Below are positions 29,452 to 39,661 of a stretch of DNA of 64,000 nt, in pieces (the stretch's first letter is position 1; every line of letters starts with the position of its first letter). Source of the stretch: a virus; the IMG/VR virus record IMGVR_UViG_3300009068_000001, positions 35,806 to 99,805 of that record; one strand, written 5' to 3'. A program made the position numbers and the translations under genes. Below the pieces are notes generated by a model. The model was not told the origin of the DNA. It saw nothing but the letters and a program-made list of their open reading frames with translations, and ran no database searches.

Positions 29452-30918
29452 TTATGCTCCCATCAGCATGAAGATTTGAGGATTTGGATCTGTAGTAATT
29501 GCGGCCCATGAAGCTGCAGTACCATTGGTTGTTAAGTAGTTTCCGCTCTGACCTGTCTGTGTAGGCAAAGCATCAACAGTAGCCCAAGATACAGCACTTC
29601 CATTAGTAGTAAGATACTTACCACTATTAGAAGTCTGAGTTGGAATAATTCCGCTGATTTGAGTTTGAATAGCGCTTGTGACGCCAGACAAGTACCCGAT
29701 TTCAGTATTGGTTACTGAACCAATTGTAGCACTACCCACAACAATGCCTGCATATGTAAGTCCGGCTTCGCCAAAGTTTACAGTTGAGGTTGGCTTTGTT
29801 GTAGCATCTTTAAAGAATTTAACTAGTCCATCGGATGCGTCACGAAGAACTCCAGCAAATTTACGCTTAGTTGTAACTTCTGCAGTTCCCGCTGGAGATA
29901 CCGCAGCCGAGGTTACGTTAGCGTTGGTCTTATCAAAAGTAAATGTAGTTGTAGTAGGCACAGCCTTGACTACATAAGTTCCGTTAAATGTAGCATCAAC
30001 GCTTCCAACAACCACAATATCGCCAACAGCAAAACCATGAGTTGTAGAGGTTGTTAGGGTAGCCACATTAGATGTAAGAGCTTTGTTAGAAACAGCCTTA
30101 GTAATAGTAGACACAGACGTTGCATACTCTGCAACAAGACCTAGGTCTACAGCATCTGTACGGTTATCGCTACCTACAAAGATTAGAGGATCTGCTACAG
30201 ATAACGTTGTTGTCTGTAGAGACGAGCTTGCCCCACCAAATGTTAAGCTACCTGCAATATTAATATTGCCAGTAATACCCACACCACCAACAACTGTCAA
30301 AGCACCTGTTGTAGGGCTAGTAGAAGGTGTTGCAATATTAATTGCTACGCTTTGGTCAGGAGTAATAACCATTTGACTATTGTTAGAAGCTAGTCCACCA
30401 GCAGCAAAAATAAGTTTATTTTGTGAGCCAGTATCACCAGTAGCTAGCACTAGGTTACCTTGGTCAGTTCCGCCAGCTGCACCAACCATAAATATGTAGC
30501 CGTCACCTTTGCCAGTAATTGTGAAGTCTGGGTCTAGGAAGGCTGAAGAGGTGATACCCATATCAATGTAGCCATCTGAATCGGTTCCATTGTTTGAGTA
30601 GGCAATAAAGTCTGTAGAAGCTGTAGCTGCTGCGCTAGAGTTCTTGAAAGCAATCTGAGCATAGTCAGTAGCTGTAGTCTGGAAAACAGCTACAGGGTTT
30701 GTAAGTGCGGCGGCTGTAGAAAATGTAGAAGCTGCACTACCTACATAAAGAATTCCACTAAAGTTGCCATCAACAAAGGTGCCTCCGCTAGCTTCAGCAG
30801 CGGCAAGTGCCTCAATAGCTTTTGAAACGTAGACAAGGTCTTTAGCGGTAAATAAGGTAGCAGCTAGCGATGAGGCTATCTCCGACTTAACTAAGCCAAT
30901 TTCTGTGGTTAATGCCAT
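29452..30918 (-). CDS. fibre protein F3
   Basis: Paralogue of 32310 and 35485 (GYIDMGITSS, GNLVLATG, STSPTTGAL, RDASDG). Confidence 0.8.
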   Translation of the reverse strand: MALTTEIGLVKSEIASSLAATLFTAKDLVYVSKAIEALAAAEASGGTFVDGNFSGILYVGSAASTFSTAAALTNPVAVFQTTATDYAQIAFKNSSAAATASTDFIAYSNNGTDSDGYIDMGITSSAFLDPDFTITGKGDGYIFMVGAAGGTDQGNLVLATGDTGSQNKLIFAAGGLASNNSQMVITPDQSVAINIATPSTSPTTGALTVVGGVGITGNINIAGSLTFGGASSSLQTTTLSVADPLIFVGSDNRTDAVDLGLVAEYATSVSTITKAVSNKALTSNVATLTTSTTHGFAVGDIVVVGSVDATFNGTYVVKAVPTTTTFTFDKTNANVTSAAVSPAGTAEVTTKRKFAGVLRDASDGLVKFFKDATTKPTSTVNFGEAGLTYAGIVVGSATIGSVTNTEIGYLSGVTSAIQTQISGIIPTQTSNSGKYLTTNGSAVSWATVDALPTQTGQSGNYLTTNGTAASWAAITTDPNPQIFMLMGA

Positions 30919-30945
30919 GTGGTTTCTCCTTGATTCCTTGGGTAA

Positions 30946-31068
30946 CTATACGCCAATATTGAGGGATAGGTCGTCTATATCCCCCTGAATAATTTCAATG
31001 GCTGCATCTACAGCCGCCTTCTCCGCTGGGATGAAGGCTACAAGTCGGTTGCTTAGATATCCTGGCAT
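30946..31068 (-). CDS. 40-aa micro-ORF (not in ORF track)
   Basis: MPGYLSNRLVAFIPAEKAAVDAAIEIIQGDIDDLSLNIGV; TAATG coupling. Confidence 0.6.
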   Translation of the reverse strand: MPGYLSNRLVAFIPAEKAAVDAAIEIIQGDIDDLSLNIGV

Positions 31069-31439
31069 TATGTAGGTATTCCTATCCATTCTTGATTTTC
31101 TTCGTCCCACTCATATGGCAATCCATCATTTGGCTTAGGAACTGGCGGGTGCCAGACACATGTTTCAGTATTTAAAGTCCAAGACTCAAAAGGTTTTGCA
31201 CGGTAAAAAGCATCTAGTGCTGGGTCGTAAATCCCACCTAACGTTGCGTAATTTTTTCTAAAAGGTGTGCCACCTAATATATGAGAACCAGACAAAGTAT
31301 TGTAAGACGTACGCTTACAGGTTAAGCCACGAAACTCTCCGTAGTGCTCTTCCCAATTAATATCACTTTCGTTTTCGTCTTTTCCAACAATAACCTCAAC
31401 GACAACGTTGTTCTCGTCTAAAAATGCATAGTGTGCCAT
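31068..31439 (-). CDS. fibre assembly chaperone-like protein
   Basis: MAHYAFLDENNVVVEVIVG..RTSYN..FRKNYA..WHPPVPKP..YEWDE. Confidence 0.7.
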   Translation of the reverse strand: MAHYAFLDENNVVVEVIVGKDENESDINWEEHYGEFRGLTCKRTSYNTLSGSHILGGTPFRKNYATLGGIYDPALDAFYRAKPFESWTLNTETCVWHPPVPKPNDGLPYEWDEENQEWIGIPT

Positions 31440-32308
31440 TAGAATTTAATTGCCCCTGTTCCACCAGTAAATCGGTATACACGGTAACCACTACGAGTTG
31501 GTTGGTCGTAGCTAAGGCCAGCACCAATAGATGCTAGTGCTGGGTAAGTATTTGGGTATGCAATAACTACTACGCCTGAGCCTCCTCCACCAGAGAAGGT
31601 TCCATTACGCTCTCCACAACCTCCGCCTCCTCCAAGGTTATTTGTACCACTTGTTGCAGTATTGTTGCCACCTTGACCACCGCCGCCAGAACCTCCAGCA
31701 GGAGTGTTGCTTCCTTCTGAGCTTCCTCCACCGCCACCAGCATAGGTAACAGAACCACCAGTTATTGAAGATGCAGCGCCATTACCACCTTGACCACCAC
31801 TATTATTATCTCCATTAGTTCCTGCAGCGCTAGCTCCACCACCACCACCACCAGTTTTATTTGATGAGGCATTGTTAAAGTCTCCACCTTTATTTCCCTG
31901 ACCAGCAGTACCTGATCCACCTGTCCAGTTACCACCACCGGTAGCTGCAGCTCCACCACCAGAACCTCCAGGACGACCAACGTTATTTGCAACTGTGTAG
32001 CACCCACCACCACCGCCACCAGTTGAACTAATTGAGCTAAATGTTGATGGAGAACCATCGTTTCCTTGAAGGTTAGTGGATCCAGTGTTGTTGTAAGCAG
32101 CACCTCCACCACCCACAGTTACAGTGTAATTAGTATCAGGAAGTAAAGTACCTAAGGTAAAAGTACCTGTTCTCATACCTCCAGCACCACCACCACCACC
32201 GTGGTACTGATTAGTAGCTCCTCCGCCACCCCCAGCAACAACTAAGTACTCAACATCTGGTACTTGCGATGCTCCAGAGGCTGCAATAACTCCCAATAAC
32301 AGTGGCAT
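31439..32308 (-). CDS. glycine-rich fibre tip
   Basis: VEYLVVAGGGGG..; C-terminus nearly identical to 28162..29094. Confidence 0.75.
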   Translation of the reverse strand: MPLLLGVIAASGASQVPDVEYLVVAGGGGGATNQYHGGGGGAGGMRTGTFTLGTLLPDTNYTVTVGGGGAAYNNTGSTNLQGNDGSPSTFSSISSTGGGGGGCYTVANNVGRPGGSGGGAAATGGGNWTGGSGTAGQGNKGGDFNNASSNKTGGGGGGASAAGTNGDNNSGGQGGNGAASSITGGSVTYAGGGGGSSEGSNTPAGGSGGGGQGGNNTATSGTNNLGGGGGCGERNGTFSGGGGSGVVVIAYPNTYPALASIGAGLSYDQPTRSGYRVYRFTGGTGAIKF

Positions 32309-32309
32309 A

Positions 32310-34223
32310 TTACGCCACCAAGTTACCGATAAGAAGGAATGTATTAGTAGCAGTTACAATAATTTGAGCAGAGGCCCACTGACCGTTAAGCTTGTACTTA
32401 GAGCCGTTAGAATTTAAAGTGCCGCTTGTTGCAATAGTTAGCTGACCAGAACCTGTTTGTACAACAGTCAATACTGTGCCTTGTGTAAATGTTCCTGTAG
32501 GAATAGTAACTGTGCCTGCTGTAGAACCGTTAGAAGCCAGAATAATTTTGTCTTTATCTGAAGCCTGCAAGGTGTAGGCATTAGAGCTAAATGTAGGTGT
32601 CACATATGTCTGCAGTAGTGGGGCATAGGCTGCAACAGCTGTTGTGACGTCAGAAGTTGTGGCTAATGTTCCATTACTTGAAGGCATAGTAATAACAGCT
32701 GATCCAGAAGTGATTGAGCTTGGAACTGTTACTGTACCTGTAAATGTAGGAGAAGCTAACGGAGCTTTAGCGTTTAGTTGAGTCTGGATTGCAGAGGTTA
32801 CTCCGTCTAGGTAACCAAACTCTGTATTAGATACATTGCCTACTGTGAGTGAAGAGGCCGTTAAAGGACCTACTTGAAGATCCCCATAGACAAGCCCTGC
32901 TTCTGAAAAATCTACTGTAGAGACTGGTTTAGTAGTGGCATCTTCAAATACCTTTGTTACACCATCGGATGCATCTCGAACCATTCCGCCAAATCTACGC
33001 TTTGATGATACGACTGCTGAGCCTGAGGCTGATACAGAGCTAACGTTAGTTGCAGTCTTTGCATAAGTAAAGGTAGTTGTTGTTGGTACTGAGGCAACCA
33101 CATATGTCCCATTAAATGTAGCATCTACACCAGAAACAACTACGTAATCTCCTACAGCAAAGCCGTGAGTAGCAGAAGTTGTAAGGGTTGCAACATTTGA
33201 AGTTAAAGCTTTGTTAGATACTGTCTTTGTAATGGTTGCTACGGTAGTGGCATACTCAGTAACAACGCCTAGGTCTACAAGGTCTGCAGTATTAGAATTA
33301 CCAACAAATACAAGTGGGTCAGTAACTGAAAGATTTGCGGCAGATACTGTGGTTCCTGCGCCACCAAAAGTAATTGTTCCTTGAATAGCAACGCTACCCT
33401 GTACGTTCATATCACCTTGAATACCAACTCCACCAACTACCTGGAATGCTCCAGTTGTAGCAGAGGTAGAAGGGGTTGCAATATTAACTTTAACGTTTGC
33501 ATTTGGAGTAATTGTCATCTGGCTTGTACCAGACTCATAACCACCGGCAGCAAATACAATCTTGTTTTGTGTTCCGTTAGCACCAGTAGCAAGGACTAAG
33601 TTACCAGCACCTGATGTACCAGTAGGGGCTGACATAAAAATATATCCATCGTGTGGGCCAGTAATTCCGTAGGTAGCAGAGTTAAATGTTGCTCCTGTGA
33701 TACCCATATCGATCCAGCCAGCACCATCTACGCCATTATTAGCGTAGGCAATGATGTCAGTTGAAGATGAAGATGAAGCGTTGTGTACTGCAAGCTGACC
33801 AAATGAGTCGTTAGCACTTGTAACATTAAATACACCTGTTGGGCTAGTAAGACCAGCTGAAGTATTAAACGCTGAGGCGCCAGTTCCTACATAGATAATA
33901 GTTGGGGATAGCGAGGTAAATGACGGAGAGCTAGTCCAAGCAGCTGTAGAGCCATTGGTAGATAAAACTTTATCTGCGTTACCTGTTTGAGAAGGTAGAG
34001 CGTTAGTTAGCTGAGCAGCTGGGATCTTAACGTTAGCATCTAGGGTGGCAACACCGTTTGCAACTCCTGCTAGGGCAAGGGTGTCTACAGCGTTAGATAC
34101 CTCAACGGCATCTTTTACGGCCTTGGTAAGAAGTAGGTAGTCCTGAGCGCTTAGGGATACGTTTGCAGTATTAAGCTTGTTTTGCAACGCCGTATTGAAC
34201 GTTGTCATAGTAAATGTTGCCAT
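32310..34223 (-). CDS. fibre protein F2
   Basis: Paralogous core; C-terminal YTLQASDKDK..TFLLIGNL domain. Confidence 0.8.
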   Translation of the reverse strand: MATFTMTTFNTALQNKLNTANVSLSAQDYLLLTKAVKDAVEVSNAVDTLALAGVANGVATLDANVKIPAAQLTNALPSQTGNADKVLSTNGSTAAWTSSPSFTSLSPTIIYVGTGASAFNTSAGLTSPTGVFNVTSANDSFGQLAVHNASSSSSTDIIAYANNGVDGAGWIDMGITGATFNSATYGITGPHDGYIFMSAPTGTSGAGNLVLATGANGTQNKIVFAAGGYESGTSQMTITPNANVKVNIATPSTSATTGAFQVVGGVGIQGDMNVQGSVAIQGTITFGGAGTTVSAANLSVTDPLVFVGNSNTADLVDLGVVTEYATTVATITKTVSNKALTSNVATLTTSATHGFAVGDYVVVSGVDATFNGTYVVASVPTTTTFTYAKTATNVSSVSASGSAVVSSKRRFGGMVRDASDGVTKVFEDATTKPVSTVDFSEAGLVYGDLQVGPLTASSLTVGNVSNTEFGYLDGVTSAIQTQLNAKAPLASPTFTGTVTVPSSITSGSAVITMPSSNGTLATTSDVTTAVAAYAPLLQTYVTPTFSSNAYTLQASDKDKIILASNGSTAGTVTIPTGTFTQGTVLTVVQTGSGQLTIATSGTLNSNGSKYKLNGQWASAQIIVTATNTFLLIGNLVA

Positions 34224-34247
34224 GAGGTCTCCTAAGGTATTCTTGTA

Positions 34248-34667
34248 TTATAGACCAACAAGGGCATAAACTAAGGCTTTATCAGCCTGTGTTTGAGCCG
34301 CTGCTGCTGCTGCCAATGCTGTTTCGTATTCAGTTCCCGATACATTTGTATTATCGATACCTGCTAGTGATACTGATATATCCGCAGAAGAGGTACGAAC
34401 ATAAAGTTTATCATCTGGTTGTAAAGGAAACCGGAAGGTTTCCAAAGAGTTATTTCCTGATATTGGGGAGTTATAAGCAATAGTGGCGTGGTTAGCTGGG
34501 GTTGCATCCTGGCCTGTAGGTATTACCCAAACTCTGATTGTTGCTGCATCAGAAGACTTATTTGTGGCAATTACAGATACAAGGGCAACACGAGAACCAG
34601 TGCGGGTATACAGAAGCGTATCTGTATTAGCCCCTGGATTAGATACTGCTAGACGTGAGATAGCCAT
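34248..34667 (-). CDS. fibre adaptor (A2)
   Basis: Paralogue of 37383..37838. Confidence 0.65.
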   Translation of the reverse strand: MAISRLAVSNPGANTDTLLYTRTGSRVALVSVIATNKSSDAATIRVWVIPTGQDATPANHATIAYNSPISGNNSLETFRFPLQPDDKLYVRTSSADISVSLAGIDNTNVSGTEYETALAAAAAAQTQADKALVYALVGL

Positions 34668-34871
34668 TTAATCCTCCGTAAGAGTAAAGCATGTATCGCA
34701 AATAGGTGGGTCTATAAACACACCGTTTACGTATTGGCCACCCATAAAGGCCTTGTACTCAAAGTCCTCAACAAATGTTGTTGTCTTGTCCAGTCCAAGG
34801 GACAAAAAATGTTCCTTTTCATAAACAATAGTTATATAGTTAGACTCATCTAATACCGCAACTCTTACCAT
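34668..34871 (-). CDS. small fibre-assembly-like protein
   Basis: VAVLDESN..GGQYVNGVFIDPP. Confidence 0.55.
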   Translation of the reverse strand: MVRVAVLDESNYITIVYEKEHFLSLGLDKTTTFVEDFEYKAFMGGQYVNGVFIDPPICDTCFTLTED

Positions 34872-35470
34872 GTTACAAAGTACTCCATTGTTCCGCCTTG
34901 GTTTGAATAAACTGGTCCAGAATCGCTTGGATTATAACCATTTAAAAGGTCATTTGGAAAAGTTCCGCAAGGTTCATACCCCGCACCGATTGACCCGGAG
35001 ACTACGCTACTCCAAGAACAGCTACCTTGTGCAGCATTATAGATGCCGTGTGCTCCGCCGCCGCCCAATATTACTTTTATACCTGTTCCACCAAAATTGT
35101 TTGTACTGCTACTTCCAGTATATCCGGGAAGATTTGTGTTAAATACTTGAGATGAATTACTAAACCTTACAATGCCATATATACCATCTGTACGCCTAAC
35201 AAGAATTTTACTAAAAGGAATACTTTTATCAATTAAGTTTAGCGTTGCAGCAGACCTACTTGTGTTGGCAAATACTTTAATCCAAGCTGAACCGTCAAGA
35301 TAGTTTGCCCCAGTGTAATAAGCAGAAACAGGCTCTGTCATACCCGCAGCATAAAATGAATAGGTACCTGCCGCAAGAGATTGAGCTGCCGCATTAGTCG
35401 GAGAAAACGGATTAAACCCAGCTTTTCCAACTGGGGTTAAAATTTTACCTACAGTTTCAATTAAAGGCAT
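34865..35470 (-). CDS. fibre tip / putative receptor-binding domain
   Basis: Follows F1; short beta-rich domain. Confidence 0.55.
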   Translation of the reverse strand: MPLIETVGKILTPVGKAGFNPFSPTNAAAQSLAAGTYSFYAAGMTEPVSAYYTGANYLDGSAWIKVFANTSRSAATLNLIDKSIPFSKILVRRTDGIYGIVRFSNSSQVFNTNLPGYTGSSSTNNFGGTGIKVILGGGGAHGIYNAAQGSCSWSSVVSGSIGAGYEPCGTFPNDLLNGYNPSDSGPVYSNQGGTMEYFVTW

Positions 35471-35484
35471 AGTAATAACTCTCC

Positions 35485-37374
35485 TTATGCAAACTTAACT
35501 TGTGCACCAAGTACTGTAAATGTTGCCGATGCAGTTTTAATGATTGTAAACGTATAGGCGTCAATTGAGTTAATATTTCCTGCCGAAGGTGCTGTTCCAG
35601 TTTGCCACTTAGGAGTAACAGCTGAACCATCTACTTGGAATACTGTTGGCTTATAAGCTGTAGAACCATTAGTTACCAAGAAAGCTACAGTAGCTGATTG
35701 ACCATTAGCAAGAATTGAGTTAAGGGTTGTTGAACCATCTCCACGGAAGTTGAATGTCCAGTCAGCGGTAGCATTGGATGTGTAGTACTTAACTGCTGAG
35801 GTTGAGAGATCAACGTTAACTGTTCCAGTAGCAGCAGTTGCTGATACGGTAACTGTTTCAGTAGCTGTTGTAAGGTTTGGACGGATTAGCTGAGCTGCTG
35901 TAAGTGGGGCATAAGTAGAAGAAGCTGTTGAAGACTTTAAGTATCCCTGACCAATTACGTATGCAGTAGTTGCAATTTGTGTAGTGTTGGTATCTGTAGC
36001 AGCTGTTGGAGCCGTTGGGATTCCTGTAAGAGCTGGACCGGCTAATGGTGCGTAAGTAGTAGATGCTGTTGCAGATGCTAACTTAGTATCAATCTGTGTT
36101 TGAATAGCAGATGTAACACCATCTAGGTATTGAAGCTCTGTGTTAGAGACGTTTCCAATAGTTGCAGAGGATGCAGTAAATGCTCCCACTTGGAAGTCTC
36201 CGTAGATTAATCCTGCTTCTGAGAAGTTAACTGTAGAGGTTGGCTTTGTTGTTGCATCCTCAAATACCTTAATAATTCCGTCGGATGCATCGCGTACAAT
36301 ACCTGAGTATCTACGTTTTGTAGATGCAGCTGCTGATCCAGTTGCCGCTGCTGAGGTTACGTTAGCGTTAGTTTTAGCAAATGTAAAAGTTGTAGTTGTA
36401 GGCACTGACGCAACTAGGTAGGTGCCATTAAATGTGGAATCTACTCCAGACAAAACTACATAGTCTCCTACATTAAACCCGTGAGTGGTAGATGTAGTGA
36501 TAGTGGCTACATTAGAGGTCAACGCTTTGTTAGAAACAACCTTAGTAATTGTTGCAAATGATGTTGAGTATTCACCAATAAAGCCTAGGTCTACCGCATC
36601 TCCTGCGTTAGCGTTACCAACAAATACTAGGGGGTCTGTTACGGCCAAGTTTGCTGTTGAAACAGATGTTCCCGCGCCACCAAATGTGATTGCGCCGTTG
36701 ATATTTACATCGCCAGTAATACCAACTCCGCCAAGTACAGTAAGGGCACCAGTTGTTGGTGATGTAGAAGGCGTAGCAATATTAATGGCTACGTTGACAT
36801 CTGGAGTAATAACCATTTGAGTATTGTTAGAAGAAAGCCCACCAGCAGCAAATATAATCTTATTTTGTGTTCCTGTGCTATCTGTGGCTAATACAAGGTT
36901 ACCGCGGTCTTCATTTCCAGCAGATGCGCCAACCATAAAGATATAGCCATCGCCTTTACCTGTTGCAGTAAAAGCTGCATCAGCAAAGTTTGAAGATGTG
37001 ATACCCATATCAATGTAACCAGAGGCATCATTACCATTATTTGAATAAAGAATTAAATCAGTAGATGCACTAACTCCAGAGTTTTTATTTCTAAAGGCTA
37101 TTTGTGAAAAGTCTGCGTTATCTACTTCTACTACTAAAGTAGGGTAGGTAAGAGAGGCTGTAGATGCAAATGATTCTGCTGTAGCGCCAAGGTAAATGTT
37201 ACTAGTAACGGTAATATTGTCTACACCATCAGGTGCTACGACGTGACTTACCGCCTCAAGTGCCTTAGCTACATAAACTAGGTCTTGAGCGCTGTACTGT
37301 GACGCCGCAAGCCCAGAAGTAATCTCATTCTTGATTGCGGTAACCTGTGTGGACAGGCTTGAGTAATTTGGCAT
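35485..37374 (-). CDS. fibre protein F1
   Basis: Paralogous core; PALTGIPTAPTA..TQIATTAYV; C-terminal PKWQ.GTAP..IDAYTFTI. Confidence 0.8.
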   Translation of the reverse strand: MPNYSSLSTQVTAIKNEITSGLAASQYSAQDLVYVAKALEAVSHVVAPDGVDNITVTSNIYLGATAESFASTASLTYPTLVVEVDNADFSQIAFRNKNSGVSASTDLILYSNNGNDASGYIDMGITSSNFADAAFTATGKGDGYIFMVGASAGNEDRGNLVLATDSTGTQNKIIFAAGGLSSNNTQMVITPDVNVAINIATPSTSPTTGALTVLGGVGITGDVNINGAITFGGAGTSVSTANLAVTDPLVFVGNANAGDAVDLGFIGEYSTSFATITKVVSNKALTSNVATITTSTTHGFNVGDYVVLSGVDSTFNGTYLVASVPTTTTFTFAKTNANVTSAAATGSAAASTKRRYSGIVRDASDGIIKVFEDATTKPTSTVNFSEAGLIYGDFQVGAFTASSATIGNVSNTELQYLDGVTSAIQTQIDTKLASATASTTYAPLAGPALTGIPTAPTAATDTNTTQIATTAYVIGQGYLKSSTASSTYAPLTAAQLIRPNLTTATETVTVSATAATGTVNVDLSTSAVKYYTSNATADWTFNFRGDGSTTLNSILANGQSATVAFLVTNGSTAYKPTVFQVDGSAVTPKWQTGTAPSAGNINSIDAYTFTIIKTASATFTVLGAQVKFA

Positions 37375-37382
37375 TCTATCTC

Positions 37383-37838
37383 CTAGTCAAAAATTCCCAA
37401 ACCTAATTCTATCGCAATTAGGCGGTTATTTAGTGCGTTTGTTGTGGTAAGTGTGGCTAAGTTCGCAGTATCGGCTATACCGTGAACACTAGTTGTTTGC
37501 AAAAGATGGGCGTCAATAGAGGCTGATCCATCGTACACACCGTTTAATGAAAACGATACGCTTGAAGAATTAGCCCGTACTCTTACAACATCTCCCAGCT
37601 TTATTGCAAACCGGTGGGACTCTAAAGAGTTATTGGCAGGTACTGGTACATCATACAGTATATATCCGTACTCTGAGGCGGTAGTTGCACCTAGTGGGAC
37701 AACCCATACCCTAGCTGTTGCAGCTGATCCGCTCTTATTTGTAACAATTACTGAAGATAAGTATGATGCGTCGGCTGTATAAACTGTTGTGTCTGTGTTT
37801 AAAGTTGGGGTAGATATACCCATTCTCACTACTGCCAT
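37383..37838 (-). CDS. fibre adaptor (A1; start MAVVRMG)
   Basis: Paralogue of 34248; HGIADTANL fibre motif. Confidence 0.65.
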   Translation of the reverse strand: MAVVRMGISTPTLNTDTTVYTADASYLSSVIVTNKSGSAATARVWVVPLGATTASEYGYILYDVPVPANNSLESHRFAIKLGDVVRVRANSSSVSFSLNGVYDGSASIDAHLLQTTSVHGIADTANLATLTTTNALNNRLIAIELGLGIFD

Positions 37839-37839
37839 G

Positions 37840-38169
37840 CTATGCCCCCAAGAACCATGCAGATGAAAGATCTGCTGGGTTAGATAGAGTAGAGTTAACC
37901 CCAACAACGCCAGACCAAGATCCAGAGTTATATACTAGCATAGAATTTGTTGTGGTATCAAACCACAGATCTCCGCTTTGTGCTGTAACTGGGGTGGTAG
38001 AGCTAACATTCATGTACTCATTGGCACGGCTAGTTGTGATCCAAGCCGTTCCTGTATAAACGTATACTGTGGTATCAGTAGTGTTGTAATACAACTCTCC
38101 TGCACGAACCCCGGTAGGGGCTGTAGCTGAGGCTAATAGGTTTAGCGGGACCAGTTGTTTTATCGACAC
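37840..38169 (-). CDS. short fibre protein
   Basis: Two G.L(Y/W)(Y/F)(N/D)TT..VY.G..W repeats; ends WFLGA. Confidence 0.7.
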   Translation of the reverse strand: MSIKQLVPLNLLASATAPTGVRAGELYYNTTDTTVYVYTGTAWITTSRANEYMNVSSTTPVTAQSGDLWFDTTTNSMLVYNSGSWSGVVGVNSTLSNPADLSSAWFLGA

Positions 38170-38183
38170 TGACTTCCCCCTTA

Positions 38184-39650
38184 TTAACCTACTACTAGGA
38201 CACTGTATGCATTATTAGATGGAGCTACAGCAAAGCTGACGGTTACGGTATTGGCAGTTGCGTTTGTTACATCTGCGTATACAGTCTCATATGTTGAAGA
38301 ATCAAAAAGAGTAACATTTACAAAACGAGTGTTTAGGTTGTGTGTGACTGTAAATGTTGTAGCTGAAGCATTTCCAATTAAAGTTGTATACTTGCGAGCT
38401 ACTACGTTTGTGTTAATTGCTACTTGGTTAGTTGTAGCTGCACCTGCATCACCAGCAGCAGTAGTTGTAATACCAAGGCCAGCTGTTACTGTTAAGCCAC
38501 TGCTTGAAGTAGCAAGACCTGAGTTAGTTGCTAGAAGAATGTATGAACCAGAAGCAGATGTTGTCAAACCACCTGTGCTAGTTGGGTTAAGAGCAAGACC
38601 TGCAGAGTCTGTCTTTAAACCTGATGTAGAAGGAAGAAGTACTGCGCCACCACCAGAACCAGTTGTCAAACCACCAGTTGTTGAAGGGGCAAATGTAAAG
38701 TTAGTTCCTGTAAGAAGAACACCATTTGATGCGCTGTATGTTCCAGTACCTGAGAACTGAGTAAATACAAGAGCTGTAGTATCTAGAGTGATTGGTTGAT
38801 TAGTAGTTAATACCCAACCTGTGTCACCATTTACAGTTCCTTGTTCTACAAATGTAAACATTCCGGCAGTAATATCTGCGCTAGAGTTTGCATCCAAAGC
38901 ACGAGTTGGTGCACCAGAAGCGTTAACTGTATAGATACCGTTTTCAGAACCAGTTGCTTGATTCTTAACAAGTACTCGATCACCAGTAGCAAGAGTTACT
39001 CCATCAAGAGTATCTCCATTTTCAAGACCTGTAGCTAAAGTTACTGCTGCAGTAGTTGCTACACGAACTGATGCTTTAACATCTAATCCTTGTGCAACGC
39101 TATCTACATAATACTTAGTTGCTGCATCTTGTGCGTTTGTTGGTTCAGCAAGATTTGTAAGCTTGTAAGAACCCATTGAGTAATCGCCCGCTGAAGTAGC
39201 AAGAGCGTTAAGAGTAATAGAGCCGTGATCCGCATTTGTGTGGCGGTGAACGTGATCAGCACGAGAAACTTTAAGTGATGTACCTTGAGCATTTGCAGTG
39301 CTGAGGTTTGCCATATCTGCGGTAAGTCCGTAAGGAAGGACAGGTACCCAGTCAGCAGAACTTGCAGTTCCTTTAGCAACGTAAAGAACAAGATTTGTTA
39401 AGTCTAGATAAAGACCACCAGAAGAAGTAGGTGTAGTTGATGGTGCACCTGAACCTGTTGATACGCTACCTACAGGAGTCCAGCCACTGCCATTATAAAC
39501 TTTGAGTGTGTTTAGTACGTTATCGTATGCAACCTGACCAGAGACTGGTGAACCAATAGCATTGATCTGTGTGGTCGACAGATTCTGCACTCGGGCGTTT
39601 TGAAGCTCAAGTTGGTTTAGGTTAATTGGTACTAGAAAACTACGTGCCAT
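38184..39650 (-). CDS. fibre protein
   Basis: LTNLAEPT..DAATKYYVD; VKASVRVATT..GDRVLVKNQ..ENGIY. Confidence 0.85.
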   Translation of the reverse strand: MARSFLVPINLNQLELQNARVQNLSTTQINAIGSPVSGQVAYDNVLNTLKVYNGSGWTPVGSVSTGSGAPSTTPTSSGGLYLDLTNLVLYVAKGTASSADWVPVLPYGLTADMANLSTANAQGTSLKVSRADHVHRHTNADHGSITLNALATSAGDYSMGSYKLTNLAEPTNAQDAATKYYVDSVAQGLDVKASVRVATTAAVTLATGLENGDTLDGVTLATGDRVLVKNQATGSENGIYTVNASGAPTRALDANSSADITAGMFTFVEQGTVNGDTGWVLTTNQPITLDTTALVFTQFSGTGTYSASNGVLLTGTNFTFAPSTTGGLTTGSGGGAVLLPSTSGLKTDSAGLALNPTSTGGLTTSASGSYILLATNSGLATSSSGLTVTAGLGITTTAAGDAGAATTNQVAINTNVVARKYTTLIGNASATTFTVTHNLNTRFVNVTLFDSSTYETVYADVTNATANTVTVSFAVAPSNNAYSVLVVG

Positions 39651-39661
39651 TATCTATCTCC

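Noticed and set aside
27167-32308. ccaccg/ccacca tandem repeats as regulatory DNA repeats
   Set aside because: Explained by poly-glycine codons
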